Origin: an uncultured Verrucomicrobiae bacterium
Lineage (GTDB): Bacteria > Verrucomicrobiota > Verrucomicrobiia > Chthoniobacterales > JAFAMB01
DNA length: 64,000 bases
Reading direction: 5' to 3'
NCBI GenBank assembly: GCA_963762565.1
Contig: CAVXLD010000012.1
Location: 288,001 to 352,000 of the forward strand
The notes beneath the pieces are model-generated. The model was given only the letters and a program-made list of their open reading frames with translations. It was not told where the DNA came from and ran no database searches. This document shows positions 42,205-52,509 of this stretch, piece after piece. Position numbers and translations under genes: made by a program. Within the stretch, counting starts at the first letter, position 1. The number at the start of each line of letters is the position of its first letter.

Positions 42205-42522
42205 AGGCCGTGGAAACGCTCGTGAGTCGATATTGTAACCTCCTGGGAGTAAGCCAGATATAGGGGTTGTTGCCAACCGGTGGGCTACAGGACGCAAATG
42301 ACAGATGACAAATGACAGATTGGTGGCTGCCACCTCGGAACGACTTGCCTGCTCGGTCGCCAAAGCTGTCTTTCCGTTAAAGGCCGCCACGGCCGCAGCC
42401 CGCCAAGCTACGGCCGGCCCATCTGTCATTTGTCATCTGTCATTAGCGGCACGAGTACCAGGCCACAGACTCGCCAGGCTACAAGGCGACCCCGTTCCTC
42501 TGGTAGGCCCCCTGTCTCCTTT

Positions 42523-42540
42523 TTGGCAAGGTTGCTGCTT
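42523..42540 (+). promoter_or_regulatory. Putative sigma54 (-24/-12) promoter for urtBCDE
   Basis: TTGGCAAGGTTGCTGCTT = GG-N10-GC, ending about 14 nt before the urtB ATG. Confidence 0.55.
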
Positions 42541-42553
42541 ATAGACACTTGCA

Positions 42554-44269
42554 ATGCCCCGGCTGAAGATTTTTTGCCTCGCGGTCATGCTGGCCCCGCT
42601 TCTCCTCCATGCTGAAACCAGCCCCGATTCGGCGTTCCGGCAGTCAATCACTCGGGCTGTTACCAGCTCGGCCGCTGATCAAGATTTGTTCCTTAATCAG
42701 ACAGCTGCCTCGGGGGGGATCTCGAAAGCGGAGCACGATCTGCTCATTTCGTGGAGCAACGGGGAGATCTACTTGTACAACGACTCTGGAGGTCAGGTCG
42801 TTCCCATCATTCTGGAGCAACCCGATTCGACCGATAAGACGCGGGCGTTTCGGGTCGATACCGGTGGATTGCTGCAGGATTCGAGCGGCGCCGCCGTAAT
42901 GATCGACCCAACTGACGCGACTTCATCAGATGTAAGCGCCATGCTGCGTAAAAAGATACAGCGGACATTGGATCTTTTAAGCCTTGCCGATCCGAATCCG
43001 GAAGTCCGGGGAGCCATGGCGTTCAAACTTGGGTCTTCGCAGAAAGCCGAAAATTTGGGGCTGTTGGAGACGCGGCTGAAATTGGAAACGGATTCCGGGG
43101 TCAGAAAGACGCTGGTCGAAGCAAAGGCTCTAATACAACTGGGGGACACTGCCCACCCGGAACAGCAAGTCGCTGCCGCAGGTGCACTAGCCAAATTGAA
43201 CTGTATCGGCGCGCGTGACGCCCTTACCGCCTTAACGGAAAGCAAGAACGCAGCCCCGGAGGTGAAGAAGGCCGCGGTAACAGCGCTCCAATCCATCAAT
43301 AGTTATGTCTCGATCGTGAACTTCTTCGGAACGATTTTTCACGGTTTCAGTCTGGGATCGATTCTCTTAATTTCCGCGCTCGGTTTGGCCATCACCTTCG
43401 GCCTGATGGGCGTGATCAATATGGCTCATGGTGAAATGATCGCCGTCGGCGCCTACACGACCTACGTGGTCGAAAACGTTTTTCGAGACGGTCTCCCGCT
43501 TTCTCCGCTCGGCGTTCCGATCACCCTTCCGGGCCTGCATCTGAGCGGCTGGATGTTTCAGACCTATTTCATTTTCGCGATCCCGCTCTCGTTCCTCGTC
43601 GCTGCCCTCGCTGGGTTGGTGCTCGAGCGTTTGGTGATCCGGTTTCTTTACCGCCGGGTATTGGAATCGTTGCTCGCGACCTGGGGTGTTTCGCTCATCA
43701 TGCAGCAGCTATTCCGTCTGGTTTTCGGAGCGAACAATGTGCAAGTAAACTCTCCATCCTGGCTCCTCGGCAATATCACGATCAGCGACGTCATTTTTGG
43801 GTATAACCGGATCTTCGTGATCGTATTCGCCATCGTGATCGTGGTCGGGACCTGGCTTCTCTTAACAAAAACGCCGCTCGGCCTGTTTATCCGTGCTGTG
43901 ATTCAGGATCGGGACATGGCGGCTTGCATGGGCGTGCCAACGGAACGAGTCAACATGCTCACTTTCGCGTTCGGATCCGGTCTTGCCGGGCTGGCGGGAG
44001 CGTTCCTCTCACAGATCGGAAACGTCGGACCTAGTCTGGGTCAGAGCTATATTATCGATAGTTTCATGACCGTCGTTGTTGGCGGAGTCGGGAGCATTGC
44101 CGGTACCGTAGTTTCGGCGGTTGGAATCGGTTGTTCTGACCAGGTGTTGCAACAGGCGCTGGGATCGCCGGTGCTTGGAAAGATCTTGGTCCTGACCGCG
44201 ATTATCCTTTTTTTACAATGGAAACCAGGTGGTTTCTTCCCAACCCGAAGCCGGAGCTTGGACAGCTGA
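42554..44269 (+). CDS. urtB: Urea ABC permease UrtB with N-terminal periplasmic helical (HEAT-like) domain
   Basis: GLAITFGLMGVINMAHGE, LLATWGVSL..QQ. Confidence 0.95.
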   Translation: MPRLKIFCLAVMLAPLLLHAETSPDSAFRQSITRAVTSSAADQDLFLNQTAASGGISKAEHDLLISWSNGEIYLYNDSGGQVVPIILEQPDSTDKTRAFRVDTGGLLQDSSGAAVMIDPTDATSSDVSAMLRKKIQRTLDLLSLADPNPEVRGAMAFKLGSSQKAENLGLLETRLKLETDSGVRKTLVEAKALIQLGDTAHPEQQVAAAGALAKLNCIGARDALTALTESKNAAPEVKKAAVTALQSINSYVSIVNFFGTIFHGFSLGSILLISALGLAITFGLMGVINMAHGEMIAVGAYTTYVVENVFRDGLPLSPLGVPITLPGLHLSGWMFQTYFIFAIPLSFLVAALAGLVLERLVIRFLYRRVLESLLATWGVSLIMQQLFRLVFGANNVQVNSPSWLLGNITISDVIFGYNRIFVIVFAIVIVVGTWLLLTKTPLGLFIRAVIQDRDMAACMGVPTERVNMLTFAFGSGLAGLAGAFLSQIGNVGPSLGQSYIIDSFMTVVVGGVGSIAGTVVSAVGIGCSDQVLQQALGSPVLGKILVLTAIILFLQWKPGGFFPTRSRSLDS

Positions 44270-44388
44270 AGATGACAAATGACAAAATAGCGGATTCGTT
44301 TCACGACGCGTTCAAGGCAGATCACCAATCTGTCATTTGTTATCTGTCATCTGTCATACCCGGGCGCACCACAGCCGTTTGCTAGCTT

Positions 44389-45582
44389 ATGCAGAATAGG
44401 TTCCGCCAGGCCGAACTGTGGGGGATTGCCATCGCCGCGATTCTTATTCTCGGCGTTTTGCCGGCACTCAACGCTTTTGTTCCGGAGACCAGCGCTTTTC
44501 ATCTCAGCGATTTCACCATCAATCTCTACGGCAAGTACCTGTGTTACGCAGTGCTCGCCATCAGCGTGGATTTACTCTGGGGTTACACCGGATTGCTAAG
44601 TCTAGGGCAATGTCTCTTTTTCGCGTTGGGAGGTTACGCCTTCGGTATGCACCTCATGCTGTTGATTGGAAAGCTCGGCCAGTACCACAGCGATCTTCCC
44701 GACTTCATGGTGTTCCTCGGCTACCCCGCGTTGCCGCTTCAATGGGTGCCGTTCCGAAGCTTTTGGTTTGCTGTAGCTGCGGTTGTTTTAGTGCCCGGAC
44801 TCTTGGCGTTGGTGTTCGGATTTCTGGCGTTTCGTTCCCGGATCCGCGGCGTCTACTTTTCAATTCTGACGCAGGCGCTTACCTACGGCGCTTGCCTGAT
44901 GTTTTTCCGAAATGATTTCACCTTCGGCGGCAATAACGGATTGACCGATTTCAAGTTCATTCTCGGGTATGACATCCGGAGTGCTGCGACTCAACGGTGG
45001 TTGTTCATCGCCACCGGTATTCTGCTCATTTTAACTTATCTCTTTTGCCGGTGGCTGACGCTCACGAAGTTCGGGAAAATTCAGAGGGCGGTCCGAGACA
45101 GCGAGAACCGAGTTTTGTTTTCGGGTTATGCGGCAGCCAACTTCAAATTGTTTGTGTTCGTAGTGAGCGCGATTATCGCCGGTCTGGCGGGCGCGCTCTA
45201 TGTGCCTCAGGTCGGGATCATCAACCCCAGCGAGATGGCGCCCGACAAATCTTTGGAAGCCGTCGTATGGGTGGCGGTTGGAGGTCGAGGAACGCTGATC
45301 GGCCCAATCGTCGGCGCAATTGTGGTGAACGCACTGAAGAGCTGGGCCACGCGTGCCTTCCCTGATCTCTGGCTCATTATTCTTGGAGCAATGTTCGCGG
45401 TCGTTGTGCTGTTTATGCCCAAGGGGCTGGTTGGTCTGCCCATGCAACTCTGGTCCCTGTACAAGCGCGGCGCGGCCTTTTTAATTCGGTCGCGCTCAAC
45501 TGCAATCGTCGCAGAATCGCCCGTGGAACGATCATCGACCGCGCAGCCGCCCAGTGCGATTAGAACAGGTCGTCTACAATGA
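44389..45582 (+). CDS. urtC: Urea ABC permease UrtC
   Basis: [39 protein letters not shown]. Confidence 0.96.
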   Translation: MQNRFRQAELWGIAIAAILILGVLPALNAFVPETSAFHLSDFTINLYGKYLCYAVLAISVDLLWGYTGLLSLGQCLFFALGGYAFGMHLMLLIGKLGQYHSDLPDFMVFLGYPALPLQWVPFRSFWFAVAAVVLVPGLLALVFGFLAFRSRIRGVYFSILTQALTYGACLMFFRNDFTFGGNNGLTDFKFILGYDIRSAATQRWLFIATGILLILTYLFCRWLTLTKFGKIQRAVRDSENRVLFSGYAAANFKLFVFVVSAIIAGLAGALYVPQVGIINPSEMAPDKSLEAVVWVAVGGRGTLIGPIVGAIVVNALKSWATRAFPDLWLIILGAMFAVVVLFMPKGLVGLPMQLWSLYKRGAAFLIRSRSTAIVAESPVERSSTAQPPSAIRTGRLQ

Positions 45583-45706
45583 GTTCCAGCCCAAATCTTC
45601 GTGACCATACCAGCCAATACTCCGGTACTCCAACACTCCATCGCTCCGTTCGGCAGCAGGCGAGGACGAGTACGACGACGAGGACGAGTACGACCCCTGC
45701 ATTGCC

Positions 45707-46489
45707 ATGAGCAAAAGATTTATCCTTACCGCTGAGGGCGTGACGAAAAGCTTCGATGGCTTCAAGGCGATCAATGATTTGAACTTTTACCTGGATGAAG
45801 GCGAGCTGCGCACGATCATTGGCCCAAATGGAGCCGGCAAAAGTACTTTTCTCGATTTGGTTACCGGCCGGACCCGGCCCGACGAAGGACAAATTGAATT
45901 CAAGGACACGCCCGTTACCAAGAAGAGCGAGTATCAAATTTATCGGATGGGGATTGGCCGCAAGTTTCAGACACCCAGCGTCTACTCCGATCATACCGTC
46001 TACGAGAATATTCTGTTAGGACTCAAGGGCAGTCGGGGGGTGTGGAGCGCGATTTTTGGAAGGGTTACTCCGGCCCAGAATGAGCGGATCTTTGAGGTGC
46101 TCGAAATTATCAACCTCAAGGATAAGGCCCAGGTTCGAGCGGGCGCTCTGGCGCATGGCCAGAAGCAATGGCTAGAAATCGGAATGCTGATTGCCCAGGA
46201 TCCGGAGTTGATGCTGGTGGATGAACCGGCGGCCGGTATGACGGACGAAGAGACCGCCAGGACCGGCGAACTACTCCTGAGCTTGGCCGGCAAGCACACG
46301 ATCATCGTCATCGAGCATGACATGGTGTTTGTGCGCCAGCTCGCCAGTAAAGTTACCGTCCTTCATCAGGGTAGCATTCTTTGCGAGGGCTCGCTTGACC
46401 AGATCCAGAATGATGAACGGGTGATAGAGGTGTATCTGGGGCGGAAGAAAAAGAATGACCTAATCCATGCTCAGCATTCAAAACGTTAG
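45707..46489 (+). CDS. urtD: Urea ABC ATPase UrtD
   Basis: GPNGAGKS, GIGRKFQTP, LAHGQKQWLEIGM. Confidence 0.96.
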   Translation: MSKRFILTAEGVTKSFDGFKAINDLNFYLDEGELRTIIGPNGAGKSTFLDLVTGRTRPDEGQIEFKDTPVTKKSEYQIYRMGIGRKFQTPSVYSDHTVYENILLGLKGSRGVWSAIFGRVTPAQNERIFEVLEIINLKDKAQVRAGALAHGQKQWLEIGMLIAQDPELMLVDEPAAGMTDEETARTGELLLSLAGKHTIIVIEHDMVFVRQLASKVTVLHQGSILCEGSLDQIQNDERVIEVYLGRKKKNDLIHAQHSKR

Positions 46490-47159
46490 TGTCTCGCTAG
46501 GCGGTTCCCGGATTCTCCGCGACGTGAGTCTCGAGGTTAGCGCGAATAGCGTCTTCTGTTTAATGGGTCGTAATGGGGTCGGAAAAACCACTGCCTTAAA
46601 GAGCGTCGTTGGCCTCTATAAACCCAATAGCGGTCGGGTCTTTTTTGACGGTCGCGATATGTCCCGGATGCCGCCTGAGGCGCGAGCTCGGGCTGGGATT
46701 GGTTATGTTCCGCAGGGCCGGGGCATCTTCCCGCACCTGACGGTTGCGGAAAATCTCTCGATTGGCGCGGTGGCAAAGCGGAAGAAATCGAAAGAGGCGC
46801 TCGACCGGGTCTATTCAATATTTCCGATTATCAAAGACTTCTTGTCGCGCAAAGGCGGGATGCTGTCAGGTGGGCAGCAGCAACAGCTTGCCATCGGCCG
46901 CGCACTGCTCACCGAACCGAAGTTGCTGATCCTGGACGAACCAACGGAGGGCATCCAGCCCAACATTATCGATCAGATCGGCGAGGCAATTAAGTTCCTG
47001 AGAATGGAGTCCATGACCATCCTTTTGGTCGAGCAATACCTGGAATTCTGTAAAGAGTTGGCCGACAACTTCGCCATCCTGGATCGGGGCAGCGTCGTGG
47101 CCCACGGCTCCGTCGCAGAGCTGACCGACGACGTTGTGAAGCTGCATCTCACCGTGTGA
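46467..47159 (+). CDS. urtE: Urea ABC ATPase UrtE
   Basis: GRNGVGKT, LSGGQQQQLAI, DEPTEGIQP. Confidence 0.96.
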   Translation: MLSIQNVSVSLGGSRILRDVSLEVSANSVFCLMGRNGVGKTTALKSVVGLYKPNSGRVFFDGRDMSRMPPEARARAGIGYVPQGRGIFPHLTVAENLSIGAVAKRKKSKEALDRVYSIFPIIKDFLSRKGGMLSGGQQQQLAIGRALLTEPKLLILDEPTEGIQPNIIDQIGEAIKFLRMESMTILLVEQYLEFCKELADNFAILDRGSVVAHGSVAELTDDVVKLHLTV

Positions 47160-47196
47160 GGTGTGCCACAAGTTGGAGAAGGAAAAGAACAAATCC

Positions 47197-47622
47197 AACC
47201 GCAGATAGAAGCAGATTTACGCAGATTTTAGGTTGGGGCGAGGTGACACCGATAGAACTACGGTTGGCGTTTTGGCCACGGTACGGTTCACAAAGAGAAA
47301 CGATCCGCAGATTACGCAGATTACGCAGATTTCGTTCTGAGCTTACATAAGGCCAGGGCCAGAAACAAAATCGCTAGTAACCGGCACGTTGTCCTCTACC
47401 TCGCGGTGCTAACTCGCCGCCGAAACGTAATCTGCGTAATCTGCGAAATCTGCGGATCGTTCCCTTTTCCGCTGGCGTCTCTCGATCCGCCGCGTGTTTC
47501 TCTCTACCGCATCGCCCGTTCCGCGTTTTTCATCTGCGTCAATCGGAGCCTGTCCGCCGTAGCGTTCGGTCTGTGGGAAGCTTTCCCTTACAGCTTAGCG
47601 AAGGCGGATTCATCTGCGGTTT
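47197..47622. repeat. Nested 9-mer palindrome with expanded mini-element (47549-47608)
   Basis: Read directly. Confidence 0.88.
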
Positions 47623-47639
47623 GTTTTGTTTGGGTTTAG

Positions 47640-48518
47640 TTGCGGCTGTGCCCTGCTTTGTGCAATCTGTCTGATCTGCGGATCTTATTTTCGACTTCTG
47701 CTTCGGAACCTGAGTTAGGAGAGAGTGGGCCAACGGTCGGCCGGGCCGCACTGATTTACTTTGCAGTGCTGCTGCTCCTAATGGCCGCCCTAACCGGACT
47801 GAATTTCTTAGTTGGCTTTTTTAAATTGTATCTGCCGATTGCGCTCGCGGTGTCGATGTGGATCCCGGGAGTAGCCGGCCTTATCGCTGCGCGGTCCTCG
47901 AAAATCAGCTCATTAAGCAGAAAGCCACCGCGGATACGCTTCCTCGCCCTGGCGGTGATCGCCCCGCTAGGGGTGTGTGGAATGATCCGGTGCGCACTGT
48001 GGTTATCTGGGCTAGAGACCATGCAGATCGACCTGACAGAATTAGGAGTCGGTTCAGCGCTGCAGATCCTGTTCGGATTACTCCTTTCGGTTCTCAGCGC
48101 CTGGGGAGAAGAAATCGGTTGGCGCGGTTTTCTAAGTCCGCTACTTGGGCGCCGTCTCAGATTTACCGCTCTGGTTTGGTGTAGCTGGTTACCCTGGTTC
48201 CTTTTTTATCTTTGGTTGATGTTTTTGGCGGGCTCGTATTCGAAATCGGCATTCGGGCTGCAAGTGCTAACCGTCGGTAGTTTATTGTTCGGCCTGAATG
48301 TGTTGCTCCTGTGGCTGCGAATGAGAAGCGGCAGTTTATGGCCGCCGGTGCTGTTTCACGCTCTTCATAATTTCTTGGTCTTCAATCCAGTGACACTTGG
48401 ATTGTTGCATGGCCCGTGGCTGACCGGTGATCTAGGACTAGGTCTCGCCTGCGGTTATCTTGCGATATGTATCGGGGCACTCTGGGACGGGAGCCGAGGT
48501 CGCTTATTGCCGCATTGA
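47640..48518 (+). CDS. CPBP (Abi/CAAX) intramembrane metalloprotease family; start uncertain
   Basis: GEEIGWRGFL and FHALHN motifs. Confidence 0.85.
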   Translation: MRLCPALCNLSDLRILFSTSASEPELGESGPTVGRAALIYFAVLLLLMAALTGLNFLVGFFKLYLPIALAVSMWIPGVAGLIAARSSKISSLSRKPPRIRFLALAVIAPLGVCGMIRCALWLSGLETMQIDLTELGVGSALQILFGLLLSVLSAWGEEIGWRGFLSPLLGRRLRFTALVWCSWLPWFLFYLWLMFLAGSYSKSAFGLQVLTVGSLLFGLNVLLLWLRMRSGSLWPPVLFHALHNFLVFNPVTLGLLHGPWLTGDLGLGLACGYLAICIGALWDGSRGRLLPH

Positions 48519-48840
48519 CGGCTTTTGTTCTCGTTCCCGTCCTCGAATCCGCGACCGCGAAGGTTTGGCAATACCCAATGTCTGGAGGGGAGCCGCTTCA
48601 CAAGGTGGCAGTTCTATGGGATGGCAGCAGGCGGCTCCCGCGATGGGAATTCACGCCTGCCTTGTGAAAAGCGAGGACCATGATCGGACAGAGGACAGGG
48701 ACAAACACGCGATAGATGATTCCCGGGAGCCGCTTGCTAGAGACTGATAGAGCTAGAAACCGTCAAAGCGGCTCCCCTCCGGATGTTGGGTACCGCCAAA
48801 CCTTCGAGGACGAGGACGAGTACGAAAAGGCCTTTCCCCC

Positions 48841-49419
48841 CTACACCCCCACCAACCAACCCTCAGTCGATTTTGGCACCGCTTGGAGCTGCAGATTGCG
48901 CTCGATGGAGGCTGCGACGAACGCTAAATCGTTGCGGGTCAACCACCAACCGATGAACGGAATCAACAAAAGAATTCCGACGGCGGTTTGGACCACCCCT
49001 AGGATGGCGTAGAAGTAGGAACTTTCGTTAAGACCGTCGAAGTTAAGGGTTACCGGATAGTTGAAGATCAAGAAGATTCCTCCCGCTTGGGCCACGATCA
49101 AAATCAGAAGCGCCCATAAGGCTTTCATAGGAACCGGTGTGCCGCCCTCGAAGATAACGACACTGCCTTCTTTCAGAGGTGTGACTGATCCGGTAAGAAC
49201 CGGCTTGAACCAAAACCCCGGTGAAAACCAGGCTAATCCCCAACCGAACTTCTGCCGTCTTTCTGCGGTAAATCGTGTGCCTTTAACTTGGGCGATAATC
49301 TCCTTTTCGCCTTCATAAAGGGATGGCTTGTTCGGGTTAATTTCTTTTTGGTCCGTGAATTCCGGCAGTTTCGAGATCAGGTCCGAAGGGGGGAGCGGCG
49401 AGCTGAAGAACTTGTACAT
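48841..49419 (-). CDS. Hypothetical membrane protein
   Basis: 192 aa with two C-terminal TM segments. Confidence 0.75.
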   Translation of the reverse strand: MYKFFSSPLPPSDLISKLPEFTDQKEINPNKPSLYEGEKEIIAQVKGTRFTAERRQKFGWGLAWFSPGFWFKPVLTGSVTPLKEGSVVIFEGGTPVPMKALWALLILIVAQAGGIFLIFNYPVTLNFDGLNESSYFYAILGVVQTAVGILLLIPFIGWWLTRNDLAFVAASIERNLQLQAVPKSTEGWLVGV

Positions 49420-49701
49420 GGGATTCGTCTTGGCGTCTCTTTTTCATGGGCTCAAGCGCCCAGAGTGTCAAGGACGAGGTGACTGGTGATTAGTGATTGG
49501 TGATTAGTGATTGGTGGGGCGCGCGAAGCACCGCAAAGACTTTAGCCCGCGACCGCGGGGGCTGAGTCTGCGAGTCCTAGGTGCGGAAAAGGGGCGATCA
49601 TCGCCCTACCAATCACAAATCACCAATCACCAATCACTATCGTTTCATCCCTCAGGCTGCTACCTGCTTGCGCGGTACCCGGCTACGCCGAAAGTAATAT
49701 C

Positions 49702-50859
49702 ATGCCCGCTGAAATCGTTCTTCCCCGGCTTTTGCGAATTGGAGGCGGAGCCTTTGGCGATACCTCAAAGGTGCTATCCGATCTCGGACTGAAGCGCCCG
49801 CTTATTGTTACGGATTCATTCTTATCAAAGCAGGGGTTGGCAGATCGACTGGCCGACCTTTTAAAGCTTGGAGATGGAGTTCGGATTTTTTCCGGCGCGG
49901 TTCCTGATCCGACAAGTGGTTCAATCGATGCCGGTCTCGCTTTTCTTAAAGAGCGGGATCACGACTGCGTTATCGGATTGGGGGGCGGCAGTTCCATCGA
50001 CACAGCAAAAGCGATCGCTGTATTGGCGGTCCATGGTGGCCCGATGCGTAAGTACAAAACGCCATTTCTGCAAAATGCGCCCGGATTGCCTATTATCGCT
50101 ATTCCGACCACGGCTGGAACTGGTTCCGAGGCGACTCGTTTCACGGTTGTGACCGACGATCCGACAGGTGAAAAGATGCTCTGTACGGGGGGCGGCTATG
50201 TGCCAACGGCGGCAATTGTCGATTACGAGTTGACGCTGCAAAAGCCGAAACGGCTTACAGGTGATACCGGTGTTGATTCGTTGACGCATGCGATCGAAGG
50301 GTACGTCAGTCGCCGGGCCAATCCATTTGCTGATGGTTTCGCGCTGACCGCAATGGAAGCGATCTGGAGGTCTTTGCCGGTGGCCTACCTTGAGCCCAGT
50401 AATCGGGCCGCACGTGAGCGCATGATGTTGGCGGCAACTCAAGCCGGAATCGCCTTCTCAAATTCCAGCGTTGCCTTGGTGCATGGCATGAGCCGGCCTA
50501 TCGGCGCGCATTTCCATGTGCCGCACGGAATGTCGAACGCGATGTTGCTTCCGGCGATCACGACGTTCTCCGTTCCTGGAAACGTGGGGCGTTATGCCGA
50601 CTGCGCGCGAGTCATGGGTATTGCTAAGAGCGAAGCTAACGACGAAAGCGCGGCCGCAGCGCTGGTAGAGGGGCTTAGACAATTGAATTCGCGGCTCGAG
50701 GTGCCGACTCCGGAAAAGCTTGGGATCAATAGGAAGCAATGGTCTGAAGCGATCCCCACGATGGTCCAGCAAGCTATCGCCTCAGGCTCCCCGGCGAATA
50801 ACCCTCGCGTTCCTAGCGCGGAGGAAATCGCTGAGCTCTATGTTCAAGTTTATGGGTAG
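49702..50859 (+). CDS. Iron-containing (type III) alcohol dehydrogenase
   Basis: GGGSSIDTAK, PTTAGTGSE, DSLTHAIE, LVHGM, HVPHG.SNA. Confidence 0.95.
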   Translation: MPAEIVLPRLLRIGGGAFGDTSKVLSDLGLKRPLIVTDSFLSKQGLADRLADLLKLGDGVRIFSGAVPDPTSGSIDAGLAFLKERDHDCVIGLGGGSSIDTAKAIAVLAVHGGPMRKYKTPFLQNAPGLPIIAIPTTAGTGSEATRFTVVTDDPTGEKMLCTGGGYVPTAAIVDYELTLQKPKRLTGDTGVDSLTHAIEGYVSRRANPFADGFALTAMEAIWRSLPVAYLEPSNRAARERMMLAATQAGIAFSNSSVALVHGMSRPIGAHFHVPHGMSNAMLLPAITTFSVPGNVGRYADCARVMGIAKSEANDESAAAALVEGLRQLNSRLEVPTPEKLGINRKQWSEAIPTMVQQAIASGSPANNPRVPSAEEIAELYVQVYG

Positions 50860-51108
50860 AGGGAGAAGTAAAAGTAATCAGTAGGTCAGTAATTAGGCTT
50901 TAGGAGCTACGAGGGCCGGAGCTGCGGGAATCGTTCTCGTCCTCGTCCTCGATTTGGGCGTGATATGTCTAACCGGTGCGATTCATCCCAGCGATCAAGA
51001 TGTTCTTCTCTTGGGTTTCGATCCATTACCAGGCAATACCGCTCGCCGACTTGCCACGCGCTCACCTAATCGAGGACGAGGACGACGAGGAGGACGAGAA
51101 CGCCCCGC

Positions 51109-51144
51109 AAAAAAAAGCCCGGACGTTTGCACGTCCGGGCTTTT
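51109..51144. terminator. Rho-independent terminator, possibly bidirectional
   Basis: A8-GCCCGGACG-loop-CGTCCGGGC-TTTT between convergent genes. Confidence 0.85.
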
Positions 51145-51180
51145 CAATGTTAGCGACACCGAGTAAAGCGCCGATGCTAC

Positions 51181-52131
51181 TTAGGAAATTTGATCGACCA
51201 TTTCGACGTCAACGACGTTGCCATCGACTACGGTCACTTGTTTGTATTGGCCGTTATCGGTTGCGTAGTAATAGACGGTCGCATCGTCCCCATCAAAGGT
51301 GGTATAATTGGAATAGACCGGGTCCGGATAATAGTAGTCTACGAGATCCACCGGCATCCCGATGACGATGTTGCCCCAGCAAATGTCGTCATACCATGCC
51401 CAGCAAAGTCCTGGAGCAAACCCCAGCCCAATCAAGTTATTACAATACCAGTTGGCGCCCCAGAAATTGCACCGCCAAAAGAAACCACCATGGTTGAACC
51501 AGCAGCCGTTTCCGAAGTGATCCGAGCAGAACGCGCCATGGCCTGTCCATTGGCGGTTAGAAATCTGAGAGAGCCGTTGGCTCATCAGACCCTTCGCTGA
51601 AGCAGTGGTCATCGAATGCTCAAACGAGGTGTTCGCGCGAAGCGCCTCAGCCCTTGGTGAATGCAGCGGGTCCGAAGACCGGGACGTATTCCTAGCAACG
51701 TCAGCTTTATTCGTTTGGGTTAGCGTATGAGACGTGTTGGTCGCTCGATTCACGCTCGCATCGTGATGCTCAGCGGTCGAGGCCACATGGTGGGTAGCCG
51801 CCGTCTCACGATGGCTGTCGACGTGGGATCTGCTGGTCGTCGTGTAGAGATTTGCGTGATAATTGTGCGAAACACTTCGCCCCGCTCCGGAGTAAGCGCT
51901 CCTAGATCCGGCCCCATGATAGGAGGCCATAGGATGCGAGGAGCCGCCCCCCGAATGTCCACCTCCGCTTGGGTGCCCACCTCCGCCACTTGGGTGTCCT
52001 CCTCCTCCGCTTGTATGATTAGCGAGCGCAGAGAGCGGTAAACAACTGACGCTCGCCGCTGCGATAATGGCAGCCACTTTGTGTACCTTGCCCACAGAGC
52101 GGATTCGCTCGAGAGGCAACAACGTTTTCAT
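51181..52131 (-). CDS. Secreted His/Ser/Gly-rich protein with Trp/Cys/Gly-rich C-terminal domain, paralog 1 (start MKTLLP at 52131)
   Basis: Signal-like N-terminus ending SALA; GGGGHPS repeats; C-terminal domain shared with 52510-53475. Confidence 0.85.
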   Translation of the reverse strand: MKTLLPLERIRSVGKVHKVAAIIAAASVSCLPLSALANHTSGGGGHPSGGGGHPSGGGHSGGGSSHPMASYHGAGSRSAYSGAGRSVSHNYHANLYTTTSRSHVDSHRETAATHHVASTAEHHDASVNRATNTSHTLTQTNKADVARNTSRSSDPLHSPRAEALRANTSFEHSMTTASAKGLMSQRLSQISNRQWTGHGAFCSDHFGNGCWFNHGGFFWRCNFWGANWYCNNLIGLGFAPGLCWAWYDDICWGNIVIGMPVDLVDYYYPDPVYSNYTTFDGDDATVYYYATDNGQYKQVTVVDGNVVDVEMVDQIS

Positions 52132-52464
52132 AAAGAAACCTTTCCTAATACTAAAATTCGGCGCCCGTAATGTCGGCGTTGCCGAACCCAAATTCAATCG
52201 TACCGACGAGATTAATGACGTGTGGCGGTGGCGAAGGTTTGCACTTGGTCATTACAAATCTGTAATCTACATGTCAGCGTTGTAAGCTCCTGATATCGTT
52301 GAGTCAGGGCTCCCGAAGCAAACCGGGGAGGGCGCGCTGCCTGTCCGCCATAGCTTTAGCGACGGAGGATCCCCGCGCGCCGCGAGGACGTGGCACAACC
52401 AAAAGGTGTATTTTTCGTCTGCGGTGGTGGAGTTTGGTTCGTTTCCAATCGCCAGGCGAAGCAC

Positions 52465-52491
52465 AATCCCGGACGCATAACGTCCGGGATT
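52465..52491 (-). terminator. Hairpin downstream of paralog 2
   Basis: AATCCCGGACG-CATAA-CGTCCGGGATT, same core as the 51109 hairpin; weak U-tract. Confidence 0.5.
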
Positions 52492-52509
52492 CTTAGAACT
52501 GCTCCTGCA

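Noticed and set aside
42075..42300. Riboswitch (e.g. guanidine) or NtrC box upstream of urtA
   Set aside because: No recognisable conserved motif by eye; an Rfam scan would be needed
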